Shown: piece by piece, positions 63,402 through 64,000 of the stretch
How the letters are laid out: each line of letters opens with the position of its first letter
Numbering within the stretch: position 1 is the stretch's first letter
Assembly (NCBI GenBank): GCA_016288855.1
Contig: JAEELJ010000028.1
Coordinates: forward strand, 379 to 64,378
Length of the DNA: 64,000 nt
Source of the DNA: Acholeplasmatales bacterium
GTDB lineage: Bacteria; Bacillota_I; Bacilli_A; Acholeplasmatales; Anaeroplasmataceae
Direction: 5' to 3'
Translations under genes and position numbers: made by a program
Notes under the pieces: model-generated
What the model saw: the letters and a program-made list of their open reading frames with translations, nothing else
The model's database searches: none
What the model was told of the DNA's origin: nothing

Positions 63402-63629
63402 CTATTTATTCGCTTTTTTTCTTAATTTTTCTAATTCGTTATTCTCATAAAAGTCCATTTGATAACCACATTCATAGCAAACATATCTAGTTGCATAAGC
63501 TGTAGCAAATGCACCTAGTTGGATGCAAGAATATGGTTGGGTAGTACTAGAATGAAGACCAGAGCTATCCTTTTTTATCATTTTATTATTACCACATAGT
63601 GGACATTTTTTATCAAATACTATTTCCAT
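63402..63629 (-). CDS. 75-aa zinc-ribbon protein
   Basis: Start at 63629 (MEIVFDKKCPLCGNN...CYECGY) with GGGAGGG RBS. Two CxxC pairs. Confidence 0.5.
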   Translation of the reverse strand: MEIVFDKKCPLCGNNKMIKKDSSGLHSSTTQPYSCIQLGAFATAYATRYVCYECGYQMDFYENNELEKLRKKANK

Positions 63630-63633
63630 ATTT

Positions 63634-63837
63634 TTACCCTCCCAAAAACACTGATATTTTAGCATATTTATATTGTATATAAAAGTGTTTATTGGAATGT
63701 AGCAAGCCTTTCTTATCTTCACTAGATTCTTCTTTGAGACTTGAATTATTAAGATGGTGAACCATTCGTAGGAGTACCCGGAACCACTTTACGGTATTAA
63801 GCCATTTTCTTATATTTGGTTCTGATACATAACCCAT
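63634..63837 (-). CDS. 67-aa ORF; its first 34 aa are copy 2 of the Trp/Arg-rich micro-protein
   Basis: MGYVSEPNIRKWLNTVKWFRVLLRMVHHLNNSSL.... It stops inside the RBS of the zinc-ribbon gene, 5 nt before that gene's ATG. Confidence 0.35.
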   Translation of the reverse strand: MGYVSEPNIRKWLNTVKWFRVLLRMVHHLNNSSLKEESSEDKKGLLHSNKHFYIQYKYAKISVFLGG

Positions 63838-63898
63838 ATGCTTGCCTATATAAAAACCAAATTGTTATAAAATTAAAATATAGTCAAAACAGAAAGGA

Positions 63899-64000
63899 TC
63901 ATTGCTGACTTTCTTCTTTTTCGTTTTCAAAATTATCTTCTTCTATTTCTTTTTTGTCATTCCAATGCCTATATATAGACGCTAGTATTGCTCCTGAAAT
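63899..64000 (-). CDS. C-terminal end of an unidentified protein (gene runs off the window end)
   Basis: Open frame ...ISGAILASIYRHWNDKKEIEEDNFENEKEESQQ ending in TGA at 63899-63901. Confidence 0.35.
   Translation of the reverse strand: MSGAILASIYRHWNDKKEIEEDNFENEKEESQQ

Noticed and set aside
1-64000. Alternative genetic code (UGA=Trp, Mycoplasma/Spiroplasma code 4), considered because of the very low GC content.
   Set aside because: ORFs up to 11.8 kb are intact under the standard code, and several well-supported genes terminate at TGA (for example the stops at 5267-5269 and 63899-63901). Code 11 is therefore appropriate, as in Acholeplasma-like or Firmicute lineages.

Overview
AT-rich segment (roughly 27-30% GC by eye, not computed) that reads cleanly in the standard genetic code and looks like a Firmicutes/Mycoplasmatota-type chromosome. 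It holds about 45 genes, and all but three are on the minus strand. Layout: (i) 0-13.9 kb is housekeeping and transport. It includes a polar amino-acid ABC importer plus a Xi-class GST-like gene behind a Cys/Met-rich leader peptide and terminator, an AlkD-like protein, a lipid kinase, KtrAB, DegV and an ABC-F/Nudix operon. (ii) 13.9-15.5 kb holds a Schlafen/AlbA_2-type regulator flanked by arrays of a palindromic 10-mer. (iii) 15.5-42.9 kb is the standout. Two tandem four-gene operons each start with a c-di-GMP-I (GEMM-I) riboswitch plus terminator. Each encodes two TasA-sized (about 255-263 aa) proteins plus very large surface proteins (420, 1008, 2090 and about 3930 aa). All eight products share one unusual SipW/TasA-like N-terminal leader. 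An Abi_2 abortive-infection gene sits between the operons. (iv) 43-47.5 kb carries RqcH, a methyltransferase, an ORF6N-fusion protein and an MBL hydrolase. (v) 47.5-51.3 kb carries an LtaS-like synthase and a tripartite HipB-HipS-HipT toxin-antitoxin module with four operator palindromes. (vi) 51.4-63.1 kb is an envelope cluster: MscS, a 1570-aa single-pass repeat protein, a GT2, two lipoproteins and a secreted alpha/beta hydrolase. (vii) 63.2-63.9 kb has a duplicated about 115-nt unit encoding a conserved Trp/Arg-rich micro-ORF. I recognised no rRNA, tRNA, CRISPR array, transposase or integrase. All calls come from reading the sequence and ORF translations only; no database search was run.
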